Source of the DNA: Candidatus Poribacteria bacterium
GTDB lineage: Bacteria > Poribacteria > WGA-4E > PCPOR2b
Direction of reading: 5' to 3'
NCBI GenBank assembly: GCA_965198175.1
Contig: OZ240245.1
Span: 1,504,001 to 1,568,000 of the forward strand
Length of the DNA: 64,000 bases
Of the stretch, positions 8,551-18,426 are shown piece by piece. The notes under the pieces are model-generated. The model worked only from the letters and a program-made list of their open reading frames with translations, did no database searches and was not told the origin of the DNA. A program made the position numbers and the translations under genes. Every line of letters starts with the position of its first letter. The stretch's first letter is position 1.

Positions 8551-9729
8551 ATGGCAGCGCCAAAACCGGAAAGCAAATTCATTGAACTGAAGCCGTTTTC
8601 AGATGAGATGGTCGTCAACATGGGACCTCAGCATCCCAGTACGCACGGTGTCTTACGGCTTGAACTGAAGCTTGATGGCGAGGTCGTCCGGGAAGCTATC
8701 CCCCATATCGGATATCTGCATCGCTGCTTTGAAAAGCATTCTGAAAATCTGTCTTACCCGCAGATTATTCCGTTTACTGATCGAATGGACTATATCGCGG
8801 CCATGAATCAGAATTGGGGGTTCTGTTTGGCTGTTGAAAAGCTGATGGCGGCTGATGAAAAAAAAGGATTTGAGGTCCCTGAACGTGCAGAATATCTGCG
8901 GGTGCTCATCTGTGAACTGAATCGCATCGGGAGTCATCTCCTATCTTTTGGCACCTATGGCATGGATATTGGTGCGTTTACCCCATTTCTCTACGCTTTT
9001 CGAGATCGTGAGAAAATCCTCCTGCTTTTTGAAAAGATCTGCGGTGCTCGATTGACATATAATTATGTGCGTATTGGTGGGGTGTCGAGGGATATGCCAC
9101 CGAAGTTTCTTGACGAGGTCAAAGAATTTATCGACTATTTCGAGCCGATGATCGATGATTACAACGCGCTCCTGACAAATAACGAGATTTTTATTGAACG
9201 CACAACAGGTGTCGCTGTAATGGACAAAGAGATGGCGATCAACTACGGTATCACTGGTCCAAATCTCCGGGGAGCGGGGTTTCAATGGGACTTGCGTAAG
9301 GATGAACCGTACTCAATATATGATCGATTCGACTTTGACATTGCGTATGGCAAAGATATACCAGAAATTGGGGCGGTCCTTGGTGATTGCTGGAATCGGT
9401 ACAAGGTGCGGATGGACGAGTTGAAACAGTCCGTCCGGATTATCCGCCAGATACTTGAGGGTAATTTCCCTGATGGACCGATCATGGCGGAATTAAAAGC
9501 GGTTCGTCCGCCTAAGGGCGAGATTTTTTTCCGGAGTGAGGCGCCGCGTGGTGAGCTCGGATTTTATATCGTGAGCGATGGCACCCCTAAACCGGTCCGA
9601 GTGAAAGCCAAATCACCGTGTTTCACCGCTTTAAGCGCGTTGCAAGAACTCAGTAAAGGATTAATGATCGCCGATATTATCGCGATTATCGGCAGTATAG
9701 ATATTGTGATGGGAGAAGTAGATCGCTAA
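8551..9729 (+). CDS. nuoD: NADH-quinone oxidoreductase subunit D
   Basis: NMGPQHPSTHGVLRL, IGYLHRCFEK, EAPRGELG, GSIDIVMGEVDR; no NiFe-binding CxxC motifs. Confidence 0.98.
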   Translation: MAAPKPESKFIELKPFSDEMVVNMGPQHPSTHGVLRLELKLDGEVVREAIPHIGYLHRCFEKHSENLSYPQIIPFTDRMDYIAAMNQNWGFCLAVEKLMAADEKKGFEVPERAEYLRVLICELNRIGSHLLSFGTYGMDIGAFTPFLYAFRDREKILLLFEKICGARLTYNYVRIGGVSRDMPPKFLDEVKEFIDYFEPMIDDYNALLTNNEIFIERTTGVAVMDKEMAINYGITGPNLRGAGFQWDLRKDEPYSIYDRFDFDIAYGKDIPEIGAVLGDCWNRYKVRMDELKQSVRIIRQILEGNFPDGPIMAELKAVRPPKGEIFFRSEAPRGELGFYIVSDGTPKPVRVKAKSPCFTALSALQELSKGLMIADIIAIIGSIDIVMGEVDR

Positions 9730-9801
9730 GCATTGTAACGCAGTGCTTCTACTTCTGATACCGTGGTAATAGAACACGTATGCTCCACATAGGGAGTCCG
9801 G

Positions 9802-11052
9802 ATGTTTCCTGTTCTACAGCAGTTTATTCAAGAAACCTTTCCAGAATTCTTGGGGCAAGGAAACAATGAAAAGTTGGCAGATTTGGTTCTGGAATTCATG
9901 CGGACGCACGTCCCATTTGTGGCGTCGCTTCCTCTCCCCGTGTCACAACTGATTGCGATGCTCGCCGTTTGTGTTATCTTCGTTGCCGTCGTTCCGTTGC
10001 TTCCGCTGGTCTTGGTCTTGGCGGAAAGAAAGGTATCCGCCCATATCCAGGATCGGGTCGGACCGATGCGAGTCGGTCCTCACGGTGTACTTCAGACATT
10101 GGCAGACGGCGTTAAACTTATTTTCAAAGAGGACCATATTCCGCGGCAAGGCGACAAGATTCTCTTCATCGTTGCGCCATATATAATTTTTGCATGTTCT
10201 TTTGCGGTGTTTGCGGCTATCCCATTTGGCAAATCGATCTTGGTGAGCGACCTGAATATTGGAATCTTCTATATCATGGCAATCTCCTCCGTTGTTGTGA
10301 TCGGAGTAATTATGGCAGGGTGGGCGTCCAATAGCAAATGGTCGCTGTTGGGTGCGTTACGCTCGGCTGCACAGATTGTCAGCTATGAAATCCCTGTCGG
10401 TCTTTCGATTTTGGCGGTCGTAATGCTTGTGGAAAGCCTGAAGATGCAGGAGATTGTGAGGAATCAGGGCGACTTGGGGATATTGAGTTGGATCATCTTT
10501 CGTACTCCGTTCACTTTTATCGCTTTTTTTGTTTTCTTTATATCGGCGATTGCAGAGGTTAATCGAACCCCCTTTGATCTGCCGGAGGCGGAGTCGGAAC
10601 TGGTAGCGGGATTTCACACTGAATATAGCGGTATGCGTTTCGCGTTGTTCTTCATTGCGGAATACGCGAATATGTTTGCCGTGAGTGCAATTGCATCAAC
10701 ATTATTCCTCGGCGGTTGGAAAGGCATACTACCCGGCTATGATTTTCTAGGTGGAACGCCTGGCTTCGTTATCAAGACTCTGTTTCTCGTTTTCATCATG
10801 ATGTGGATACGATGGACGCTGCCTCGGCTTCGTGTCGATCAACTTATGAATCTGTGTTGGAAATATCTTATCCCAATCTCATTCTTTAACATTCTTGGGA
10901 TTGGAATATGGGTGCTCATTTTTCAAAACGACAAACATCCGGCATATGTTGGTATTAGCTTGTTGATTATTATTTTAGGAATCATCGGTGCATATTTGGT
11001 CTTAGGAAGGCGTTCATCGCAAAGTCCCGCACCAGGGGCGAGTTCAGCGTAG
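9802..11052 (+). CDS. nuoH: NADH-quinone oxidoreductase subunit H
   Basis: ERKVSAHIQDRVGP, SNSKWSLLGALRSAAQ, NRTPFDLPEAESELVAGFHTEYSG, LPRLRVDQLM. Confidence 0.98.
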   Translation: MFPVLQQFIQETFPEFLGQGNNEKLADLVLEFMRTHVPFVASLPLPVSQLIAMLAVCVIFVAVVPLLPLVLVLAERKVSAHIQDRVGPMRVGPHGVLQTLADGVKLIFKEDHIPRQGDKILFIVAPYIIFACSFAVFAAIPFGKSILVSDLNIGIFYIMAISSVVVIGVIMAGWASNSKWSLLGALRSAAQIVSYEIPVGLSILAVVMLVESLKMQEIVRNQGDLGILSWIIFRTPFTFIAFFVFFISAIAEVNRTPFDLPEAESELVAGFHTEYSGMRFALFFIAEYANMFAVSAIASTLFLGGWKGILPGYDFLGGTPGFVIKTLFLVFIMMWIRWTLPRLRVDQLMNLCWKYLIPISFFNILGIGIWVLIFQNDKHPAYVGISLLIIILGIIGAYLVLGRRSSQSPAPGASSA

Positions 11053-11069
11053 GGCAAGGAGGATTGAAC

Positions 11070-11723
11070 ATGCGTCAATATTTCGCAAATATCTACATCG
11101 GCGTTTACACTGTTTTCGTTGGTATGGCAATCACCTTTAAGCAGATGTTAAAACCTTCTGTGACTCACCAATATCCCTATGAACATTCGTTCGAGCGGAA
11201 GAAAAACGTACGTGATATCCCCCAAGGCTATCGAGGACAACTTTACAATCGTATTGAGGACTGCATCGGCTGCAAAAAATGCGAGATGATTTGCCCCGTT
11301 GACTGTATTGATATCACCACCGAAAAACTGCCCAAAGGGGAAAGGCTTTGGGATAGCATGAACGTCGTCCACCTCAAAGATAGGACCGAAATCGTGGGAA
11401 TGATTGAAGGGGACGAGAAAATTGAGTCGAACACATCCGTTTCGATTCAGACCCGGGAGCGGGGTAGCGTGGAGGTTCCAAGTGAACGGATCGCTCGCGT
11501 TGTCGAACGAAAGCCGGTAATCTTTTACCTGGATAAGTTTGACATTGACATGTCGCTATGTATGTATTGCGGGCTCTGCACCGAAGTTTGTCCGACAGAA
11601 TGCCTGATAATGATTGATACACTTGAAGGCATTGAGTATTCAACTTTCGATCGGACAAACTTAATCTTCAAGTTTGCAAAGCCAGAAATGTACGATAAAC
11701 CGCTTGATGAAGCTACTGATTAA
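11070..11723 (+). CDS. nuoI: NADH-quinone oxidoreductase subunit I with an internal insertion
   Basis: VTHQYP, YRG, CIGCKKCEMICP and CMYCGLCTEVCP 4Fe-4S motifs; ATG at 11070 after AGGAGG. Confidence 0.95.
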   Translation: MRQYFANIYIGVYTVFVGMAITFKQMLKPSVTHQYPYEHSFERKKNVRDIPQGYRGQLYNRIEDCIGCKKCEMICPVDCIDITTEKLPKGERLWDSMNVVHLKDRTEIVGMIEGDEKIESNTSVSIQTRERGSVEVPSERIARVVERKPVIFYLDKFDIDMSLCMYCGLCTEVCPTECLIMIDTLEGIEYSTFDRTNLIFKFAKPEMYDKPLDEATD

Positions 11724-11728
11724 AGTAT

Positions 11729-12241
11729 ATGGAACTTAAACCGTTAGTATTTTATGTTTTTGCCCTGCTCACCATTGGATCAGCGGTTATCGTTGTGACA
11801 GTACGAAACATCGTTCATGCCGCCTTTTCGCTGATGGTAACGCTCTTTAGCATTGCGGGGCTTTATGTATTTTTACAAGCAGATTTCCTCGCTGCAACTC
11901 AAGTAATCGTCTATGTCGGTGGAATTCTCGTGCTTATTCTCTTTGGCGTAATGATGACCAGCGGTCGATTGGACATGAAACTTAAAATGGAGCGCGGGCA
12001 GCTTTTCTGGGGAGGATTGGTTTCCATCTTAATCTTTTGGCTGCTTTTGGGTGTTATGAGAAGCACCCCGTGGAACGTTCAAGAAGATTTGGGTTCTGTG
12101 GAAGGAACGACTTCTCAGATAGGTAAGACCATATTGCAAAAAGAATTCCTGCTCCCCTTTGAGGTTGCCTCGGTGATTTTGCTGATTGCGTTAATCGGCG
12201 CAGTGTTAATTTCACGCAAGGAAGTCCGAGAAGATGAATGA
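11729..12241 (+). CDS. nuoJ: NADH-quinone oxidoreductase subunit J
   Basis: ADFLAATQVIVYVGGILVLILFGVMM, LLPFEVASVILLIALIGA. Confidence 0.97.
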   Translation: MELKPLVFYVFALLTIGSAVIVVTVRNIVHAAFSLMVTLFSIAGLYVFLQADFLAATQVIVYVGGILVLILFGVMMTSGRLDMKLKMERGQLFWGGLVSILIFWLLLGVMRSTPWNVQEDLGSVEGTTSQIGKTILQKEFLLPFEVASVILLIALIGAVLISRKEVREDE

Positions 12242-12545
12242 CCTGACACCATACCTTGTCATTAGTACAACCTTATTCTCTCTTGGTATCTTCGCCGTTT
12301 TGACACGGCGCAACGCCATTAGCATATTGATGGGGATTGAACTAATTCTCAACTCCTGTAATCTCAATTTTGCTGCTTTTTCTCGGTTTGTGACACCCAC
12401 CGATGACATCAGTGGACAAATCATCTCCATTTTTGGAATTGTGCTAGCCGCTGCCGAAGCAGCCGTGTTTTTGGCGATTATTCTGGCAATCTACAGAGAG
12501 TTTAGTACAATTAGCCCAGATGAAACCGATAGCTTGAAAGGATAG
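12234..12545 (+). CDS. nuoK: NADH-quinone oxidoreductase subunit K
   Basis: RRNAISILMGIELILNS, LAAAEAAV; overlaps the nuoJ stop. Confidence 0.97.
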   Translation: MNDLTPYLVISTTLFSLGIFAVLTRRNAISILMGIELILNSCNLNFAAFSRFVTPTDDISGQIISIFGIVLAAAEAAVFLAIILAIYREFSTISPDETDSLKG

Positions 12546-12799
12546 ATGCTTGTGCGTTTTAGCTGGTGCCAAGTATTGAACGTCTTTCTGTGGAACTCCA
12601 GTTTGGCAAATCGCATCGTGCTGATGCGCACTGCGATCCGTTCATTGGCTCCGTTGTGCTTAAAGCGATTGGCTTTGTCGTCGATTGTGATAAGGGTGCG
12701 CTGTGCCCCACGCGATCTGGTTTATTTGACTTCGGCATTCAGTCCATAACCCTCTAATTGCGGCTTTTGACCGCGTATTTCGACATCAGGAAGGGTGGT

Positions 12800-14986
12800 A
12801 TGCCCGTTGTTCTTCTTTTTAGCATAATTTTGCTTTGTCCGCTCGCAGCGTTCTCGATTTTTAGCCTCCTGTCGTTAACCGGGCGCAATTCCCCCCGCCA
12901 AGATCTCATCTCAACCGCGGCAATGCTTATTGCATTTGTCTGCGCTCTTCTGCTATTTACTACTGCCAGTCCTGAAAAACCAGACCACCACACGCTCACA
13001 TGGTTGCCGCTCGAAGAGGTCAACTTTTCGATGGGGTTTTACTTCGACAGTGTAACAGCCATTATGTTACTGGTCGTCACAATTGTCAGTAGCCTCGTGC
13101 ATATCTTTTCGATCGGTTATATGCACGGAGATCCACGCTACCCTCGATTCTTCGCCTTTCTTTCGTTATTCTCTTTTTCGATGTTGTTCCTGGTTGTATC
13201 GGATAACTTGTTAGGCATCTATATTGGCTGGGAGCTGGTCGGGCTATGTTCGTATTTGCTGATTGGATTTTGGTTTGAAAAAGACTCGGCGGCAAATGCG
13301 TGTAAAAAAGCTTTCCTGACAACCCGTGTGGGTGACGTTGGGATGTTCATCGGGATGATGATGTTGTTCGCCAAATTCCGAACGCTAGCGCTTTATGGAG
13401 AAGATGGAATTTTCGCACTTGCAGAACATTTGAGGGCGGGTGACTTGACATGGCTTTCAATCGCCGGCGTGCTTATCTTCTGTGGTGCTGTTGGAAAATC
13501 CGCACAAGTTCCGCTGCACACATGGCTGCCGGATGCGATGGAAGGTCCCACGCCAGTGAGCGCATTAATTCATGCTGCAACGATGGTGGCTGCCGGTGTC
13601 TATCTCGCCGCACGTATGTTCCCGCTCCTAACGCCGGATTCATCGTTGGTCATTGCGTATATCGGTGGAATCACAGCGTTGTTAGCAGCAACAATTGCTA
13701 TCGTTCGATTTGATATCAAGCGCGTGTTAGCTTATTCCACAATCAGCCAACTTGGCTATATGATGTTGGCAATCGGTGCGGGTAGCTATGTCGCCGGACT
13801 CTTTCACCTGACTACGCACGCATTCTTCAAAGCCTTGTTGTTCCTCGGATCGGGTAGTGTCATTCACGCGTTTCATGCCAGCCACCATTCACACAACCAC
13901 GACAATGAACATGGTCATCCGCATGGATCCCAAGCGCCATTCGCGAGTTTTGGAATTGATCCGGCACAGGATATGCGTCACATGGGTGGATTGAGGCGCA
14001 AGATGCCTATCACTTTCGTGACTATGCTTATCGCAACATTGTCAATTTCAGGTGTTCCTTATCTCTTCTCGGGATTCTGGAGTAAAGATGCAATTCTTGT
14101 TGAGGTTCTCTACAGAGCGATGTCGTGGAATTCCGTTCACCATTATATTTTGTTTTGCACGGCAGCTCTTGCCGCTGTAATTACTGCATTTTACATGTTC
14201 CGCCTGATTTTCATGACCTTTTTCGGTGAGCCGCGCAATCGAGAGATGTATGAGCATGTCCATGAATCTCCGAAGGTTATGACGGTTCCGCTAATTATTT
14301 TGGCGATTCTCAGTTTTCCAATTGTCAATAAAGGGATGTTTGAACACTATGTGAAAACTCCGCAACAACCTCACGTTGATTCGCCCGACCATGCGCAGGA
14401 CAGTCGGAGCCGAGGCGTCCTGTTCGCGCAAGCGGGGTTTTCAGATGCCCATGCTGCTGAAGAGGCGCTCCATCACCATGATGACCATGCAGCAGCAGTG
14501 GTACATCACGATCCGATCCATGACAAGGCACATCATATCGTTGTACCTTTATCATTTGTTATCGTCATACTGGGCGTTGGGCTATCCGCATTTTTCTATT
14601 ACTGGAAAAAGATTTCCGCCGAAGCCATCGCGGCAAAATTCCGCCCAATCTATATTCTTTTCTGGAACAAATATTATTTTGATGAATTCTACAATGGTGT
14701 AATTGTTGCGTTGACCGTCGCAAGTTCAAGATTCCTTGGACTTTTCGATTTGCGCGTCATTGATGGCATTGTCAACGGCATTGGATTCACCGTGCGCGAG
14801 TTGTTTTCTCGATTAATCGGCTGGTTCGACAACACCTTCGTCGATGGAATCGTCAATTGGGTGGCGCAGGTTACCCTGTTAGTGGGAGGCAAAATCAGGC
14901 GAGTTCAAACGGGGATGATTCAAAACTACTTGCTGATTATCTTGGGAGGATTAGTGTTGCTGATTTTAATTTTACGAAGTTTATAA
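12800..14986 (+). CDS. nuoL: NADH-quinone oxidoreductase subunit L (His-rich loops)
   Basis: GWELVGLCSYLLIGFW, GKSAQVPLHTWLPDAMEGPTPVSALIHAATMVAAG, HAFFKALLFL; ATG at 12800 preferred over TTG at 12758. Confidence 0.97.
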   Translation: MPVVLLFSIILLCPLAAFSIFSLLSLTGRNSPRQDLISTAAMLIAFVCALLLFTTASPEKPDHHTLTWLPLEEVNFSMGFYFDSVTAIMLLVVTIVSSLVHIFSIGYMHGDPRYPRFFAFLSLFSFSMLFLVVSDNLLGIYIGWELVGLCSYLLIGFWFEKDSAANACKKAFLTTRVGDVGMFIGMMMLFAKFRTLALYGEDGIFALAEHLRAGDLTWLSIAGVLIFCGAVGKSAQVPLHTWLPDAMEGPTPVSALIHAATMVAAGVYLAARMFPLLTPDSSLVIAYIGGITALLAATIAIVRFDIKRVLAYSTISQLGYMMLAIGAGSYVAGLFHLTTHAFFKALLFLGSGSVIHAFHASHHSHNHDNEHGHPHGSQAPFASFGIDPAQDMRHMGGLRRKMPITFVTMLIATLSISGVPYLFSGFWSKDAILVEVLYRAMSWNSVHHYILFCTAALAAVITAFYMFRLIFMTFFGEPRNREMYEHVHESPKVMTVPLIILAILSFPIVNKGMFEHYVKTPQQPHVDSPDHAQDSRSRGVLFAQAGFSDAHAAEEALHHHDDHAAAVVHHDPIHDKAHHIVVPLSFVIVILGVGLSAFFYYWKKISAEAIAAKFRPIYILFWNKYYFDEFYNGVIVALTVASSRFLGLFDLRVIDGIVNGIGFTVRELFSRLIGWFDNTFVDGIVNWVAQVTLLVGGKIRRVQTGMIQNYLLIILGGLVLLILILRSL

Positions 14987-15131
14987 CACATGAAATTACG
15001 CTTTCCATATGGGTAGCAAATAATCTAAGGCGAATAAATCAGATTTGGATGTATTTATCACGAAAAACAAAGGTCAATAGACTGTAGCGTATTAAACACA
15101 TTAGGGACTTTTGACAGGAGGATTTCACCGG

Positions 15132-16616
15132 ATGTTCCTATCATTGATGATCTTTATACCGCTCGTGGGGATGGTTGTTGTTTTGCTCATCCCGCGTAAT
15201 CAAGAAGAGCTGGCGAGGAAGGTGACGCTCGGCATTACACTGATTCCCTTGCTTCTGGCGGTGATTCTTTTTATACAATATGATCGATCGGCTTCAGAAC
15301 TTCAATTTGAGTTTGAAAGCGTTTGGATCGAAGCGTTCGATATTCACTACCATATCGGCATAAACGGCTTCAGTGTTACCTTGCTACTCTTAACGGCGTT
15401 ATTGGGACCAATCTGCGTGCTGGCATCGTGGCGAAATATTGAGAAAGGCGTCAAAGCGTATTTCGCTCTGTTTTTGCTGCTGGAGACAGGGATGATCGGC
15501 TTCTTTTGCGCTCAAGACCTATTCCTGTTCTACGTTTTTTTCGAGGTGACGCTTCTGCCGATGTATTTCCTGATCGGGATCTGGGGCGGTCCCCGTCGAG
15601 AGTATGCTGCGATTAAGTTTTTCTTGTATACGCTGTTCGGTGGGGTTCTGATGCTGATTGCCATCATAGCTGTCTACATTAAGGGTGGAACTTTTGATAT
15701 TCCGAAGCTGATCGAGCTTGCTAACCAAGAGGGGCATCCACTCGCAGATCGCACTTTTCAGATTTGGGCTTTCTTAGGTTTCTTCATCGGCTTTGCGGTG
15801 AAAGTTCCCATCTTTCCCTTCCACACATGGCTACCTGACGCACACGTGGAGGCACCGACTGCAATTAGCGTCATCCTCGCAGGTATTCTCCTGAAAATGG
15901 GCACCTATGGGCTGTTTCTTATCAATTTTGCCATGTTGCCGAAAGGAATGGATCTTTTCTGCAACGGCGAGGGCAGGTGGGGGAGTGCCTTAGCAATCCT
16001 TGGCTTTGTCAACATTGTCTATGGTTCACTGTGTGCATTAGCACAAAAGGATTTTAAGAAACTTGTTGCTTACTCCAGTATCGCGCACATGGGATTCGTC
16101 ATTTTAGGACTTGCGGCGCGCAACGAAAGCGGATTGAACGGTGCAATTCTCCAGATGTTCAACCACGGTGTGATTAGCGCAATGTTGTTCCTCTTGGTGG
16201 GTGTAGTTTATGATCGCGCGCATCATCGGGAAATCGGAGGTTTTGGTGGATTAGGAAGCCAGATGCCAATATATACAGGCATTACAACCGTAGCGTTTAT
16301 GGCGTCTCTGGGACTGCCCGGGCTCAGCGGTTTTGTCGGTGAAGCGTTGTCTTTGCTGGGCGCGTATGACAAATTTCCGACATTGACGATTCTGTCGACA
16401 ATTGGAATCGTTGTTGGCGCTGCCTACTTCCTTTGGACATTGCAACGGGTTTTCTTGGGCCAACTTAATCCGAAATACGCGGATATGCCCGAAATCAATC
16501 ACCGTGAAATCGTAACGCTCGTACCGCTAGGCATTTTAACAATTGTGCTCGGCATTTGGCCGTCTCTTGCCATTGATATGTTTAATCAGGCAGTTAAGGT
16601 TTTGATAGTGCCATAA
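15132..16616 (+). CDS. nuoM: NADH-quinone oxidoreductase subunit M
   Basis: FYVFFEVTLLPMYFLIGIWG, AIKFFLYT, KVPIFPFHTWLPDAHVEAPT; AGGAGG precedes the ATG at 15132. Confidence 0.97.
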   Translation: MFLSLMIFIPLVGMVVVLLIPRNQEELARKVTLGITLIPLLLAVILFIQYDRSASELQFEFESVWIEAFDIHYHIGINGFSVTLLLLTALLGPICVLASWRNIEKGVKAYFALFLLLETGMIGFFCAQDLFLFYVFFEVTLLPMYFLIGIWGGPRREYAAIKFFLYTLFGGVLMLIAIIAVYIKGGTFDIPKLIELANQEGHPLADRTFQIWAFLGFFIGFAVKVPIFPFHTWLPDAHVEAPTAISVILAGILLKMGTYGLFLINFAMLPKGMDLFCNGEGRWGSALAILGFVNIVYGSLCALAQKDFKKLVAYSSIAHMGFVILGLAARNESGLNGAILQMFNHGVISAMLFLLVGVVYDRAHHREIGGFGGLGSQMPIYTGITTVAFMASLGLPGLSGFVGEALSLLGAYDKFPTLTILSTIGIVVGAAYFLWTLQRVFLGQLNPKYADMPEINHREIVTLVPLGILTIVLGIWPSLAIDMFNQAVKVLIVP

Positions 16617-16653
16617 AAGGTTAGAAACTCTCGGCGGTAGCAACCGGAGTCGG

Positions 16654-18141
16654 ATGGAGGCATATTTGGATTCATTGAACAACGTTCAAAGCATTCGTTA
16701 TTTTATCCCTGAATTGATTTTAGTTGCATTTGCAGTAGGGGTAATCATATTCGATCTGCTGGGTCGACAGGAAAGCGACAAAAGGGCGGCGCATTTATCA
16801 CTTGTGGGACTTGCTGTGACGCTCATTGCAATTCTCCTAGTCGGCGCCGTGGATCGCTCCCTTTTCCTTGGTATGATTCAGCTCGATAGTTTTGCGGTGT
16901 TCTTTAAGGTTATCATCTTGATTACGACAGCCGTCACTATTCTGTTTTCAATGGGTTCTGAGGAACTCGATCCGCGAACAAGAGGTGAGTATTACGCACT
17001 TCTGCTAGCAGTCACGCTGGGTATGTTCCTCATGGCGTCATCAACGCATCTGCTCATGATCTACCTCTCGATTGAAACCGTCAGCTTGGCATCATATATC
17101 TTAGCCGGCTTTTTAACGCACAGCCCGCGGTCGAGTGAAGCGGCGTTCAAGTATATCATCTACGGCGCTGTTGCCTCAGGAACCATGCTATTCGGTATCT
17201 CACTAATATTTGGTCTGACGGGCACAGGAGATGTCATGCAGGTCAGCAATGCCCTGGCAGAGATATTCAGGTCAGGAGGGGGCGATTATCAATTAGCGGT
17301 GTTGGTGTCGATTATATTTGTCCTTGCGGGCGTCGGTTACAAAATCGCTTCTGTTCCGTTTCACATGTGGTCGCCCGATGTGTATGAGGGTGCACCGATT
17401 CCAATAACGGCGTTTCTGTCCGTTGCTTCCAAATCTGCCGGTTTTGCGCTGTTTATCCGTCTCTTTTATTCGGGATTTCGTTCGGCAAATGTCCTCGAAT
17501 CCGTTGATTGGCCCTTGCTGTTAGCGGTCCTTGCCGCTTTAACCATGACCGTTGGAAATCTGGCAGCGCTTCCACAACAGAATGTCAAGCGCCTCCTTGC
17601 TTACTCAAGCATTGCGCACGGGGGGTACTTGCTTATGGGCGGGGTTTTATTGACTGCCGAGGGAATTCAGGCAATTCTTTTTTATCTAATCATTTATCTG
17701 TTCATGAATCTGGGTGCTTTCTTCGTTGTTATTCTCATCGCGGAACAGATTGGCAGTGAAACCATAGACGGGTACCGTGGGCTTGTTACCCGGGCGCCCT
17801 TGGTTGCGATATCCATGGGGATTTTCCTCTTTTCTTTGACGGGTATTCCGCCACTTTCAGGATTTATTGGCAAATGGCTACTTTTTAAAGCGGTACTCAC
17901 AAAAGAATTCTACTGGTTGGCGATTATTGGCTTGCTTAACAGTGTTGTATCTCTGTATTACTATGTGCGAATCGTCAAAGCGATGTTTCTGGACACCTCG
18001 GACGAACCCAAGCCCGTCTCCTTTTCAATCGGCAATCGTGCCTTGGTTGTGGTTTTTGTTGTACCGACTATCGTGTTAGGGCTTTACTGGGGGCCTGTGT
18101 ATGAACTGTCCAAAGCATCACTCGGAAAAATTCTGGGCTAA
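16654..18141 (+). CDS. nuoN: NADH-quinone oxidoreductase subunit N
   Basis: SSEAAFKY, YKIASVPFHMWSPDVYEGAP, KRLLAYSSIAHGGY, SLTGIPPLSGFIGK. Confidence 0.97.
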   Translation: MEAYLDSLNNVQSIRYFIPELILVAFAVGVIIFDLLGRQESDKRAAHLSLVGLAVTLIAILLVGAVDRSLFLGMIQLDSFAVFFKVIILITTAVTILFSMGSEELDPRTRGEYYALLLAVTLGMFLMASSTHLLMIYLSIETVSLASYILAGFLTHSPRSSEAAFKYIIYGAVASGTMLFGISLIFGLTGTGDVMQVSNALAEIFRSGGGDYQLAVLVSIIFVLAGVGYKIASVPFHMWSPDVYEGAPIPITAFLSVASKSAGFALFIRLFYSGFRSANVLESVDWPLLLAVLAALTMTVGNLAALPQQNVKRLLAYSSIAHGGYLLMGGVLLTAEGIQAILFYLIIYLFMNLGAFFVVILIAEQIGSETIDGYRGLVTRAPLVAISMGIFLFSLTGIPPLSGFIGKWLLFKAVLTKEFYWLAIIGLLNSVVSLYYYVRIVKAMFLDTSDEPKPVSFSIGNRALVVVFVVPTIVLGLYWGPVYELSKASLGKILG

Positions 18142-18144
18142 GCC

Positions 18145-18173
18145 TTGACAAGAATCTGAGTTCCTGTTATAAT
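18145..18173 (+). promoter_or_regulatory. Consensus sigma70 promoter for the tRNA pair
   Basis: TTGACA, 17-nt spacer, TATAAT, ending 12 nt before tRNA-Gln. Confidence 0.85.
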
Positions 18174-18185
18174 TCAAACTGGCTT

Positions 18186-18259
18186 TGCCGGGTCGTCTAA
18201 TGGTAGGACGCATGGCTCTGGACCATGTTGCGAGGGTTCGAGTCCTTCCCCGGCAGCCA
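18186..18259 (+). tRNA. tRNA-Gln(CTG)
   Basis: Acceptor stem TGCCGGG/CCCGGCA, anticodon arm CATGG-ctCTGga-CCATG, GGTTCGAGTCC T-arm, encoded CCA. Confidence 0.96.
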
Positions 18260-18269
18260 ATTCTTTCAC

Positions 18270-18341
18270 GGCGCTATCGTCTAGGGGTTAGGACGGGTGG
18301 TTCTCAGCCATCAAACCGGGGTTCGATTCCCCGTAGCGCTA
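18270..18341 (+). tRNA. tRNA-Glu(CTC)
   Basis: Acceptor stem GGCGCTA/TAGCGCT, anticodon arm GGTGG-ttCTCag-CCATC, GGTTCGATTCC T-arm; CCA not encoded. Confidence 0.95.
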
Positions 18342-18366
18342 TCTCCGCAAGATGTGTTTGAATACC

Positions 18367-18426
18367 CAAAGCCGCATTCGGATGGACGTTTCTCCGCACA
18401 ATGAGTCCACCGATTGCGGCTTTTTG
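18367..18426 (+). terminator. Probable intrinsic terminator after the tRNAs
   Basis: caaagccgca-t-tcgg-a-tggac ... gtcca-ccga-t-tgcggc followed by TTTTT. Confidence 0.55.

Noticed and set aside
8551..9729. Group 4 NiFe-hydrogenase interpretation of the operon
   Set aside because: The large subunit lacks both CxxC motifs and ends in the NuoD-type GEVDR.
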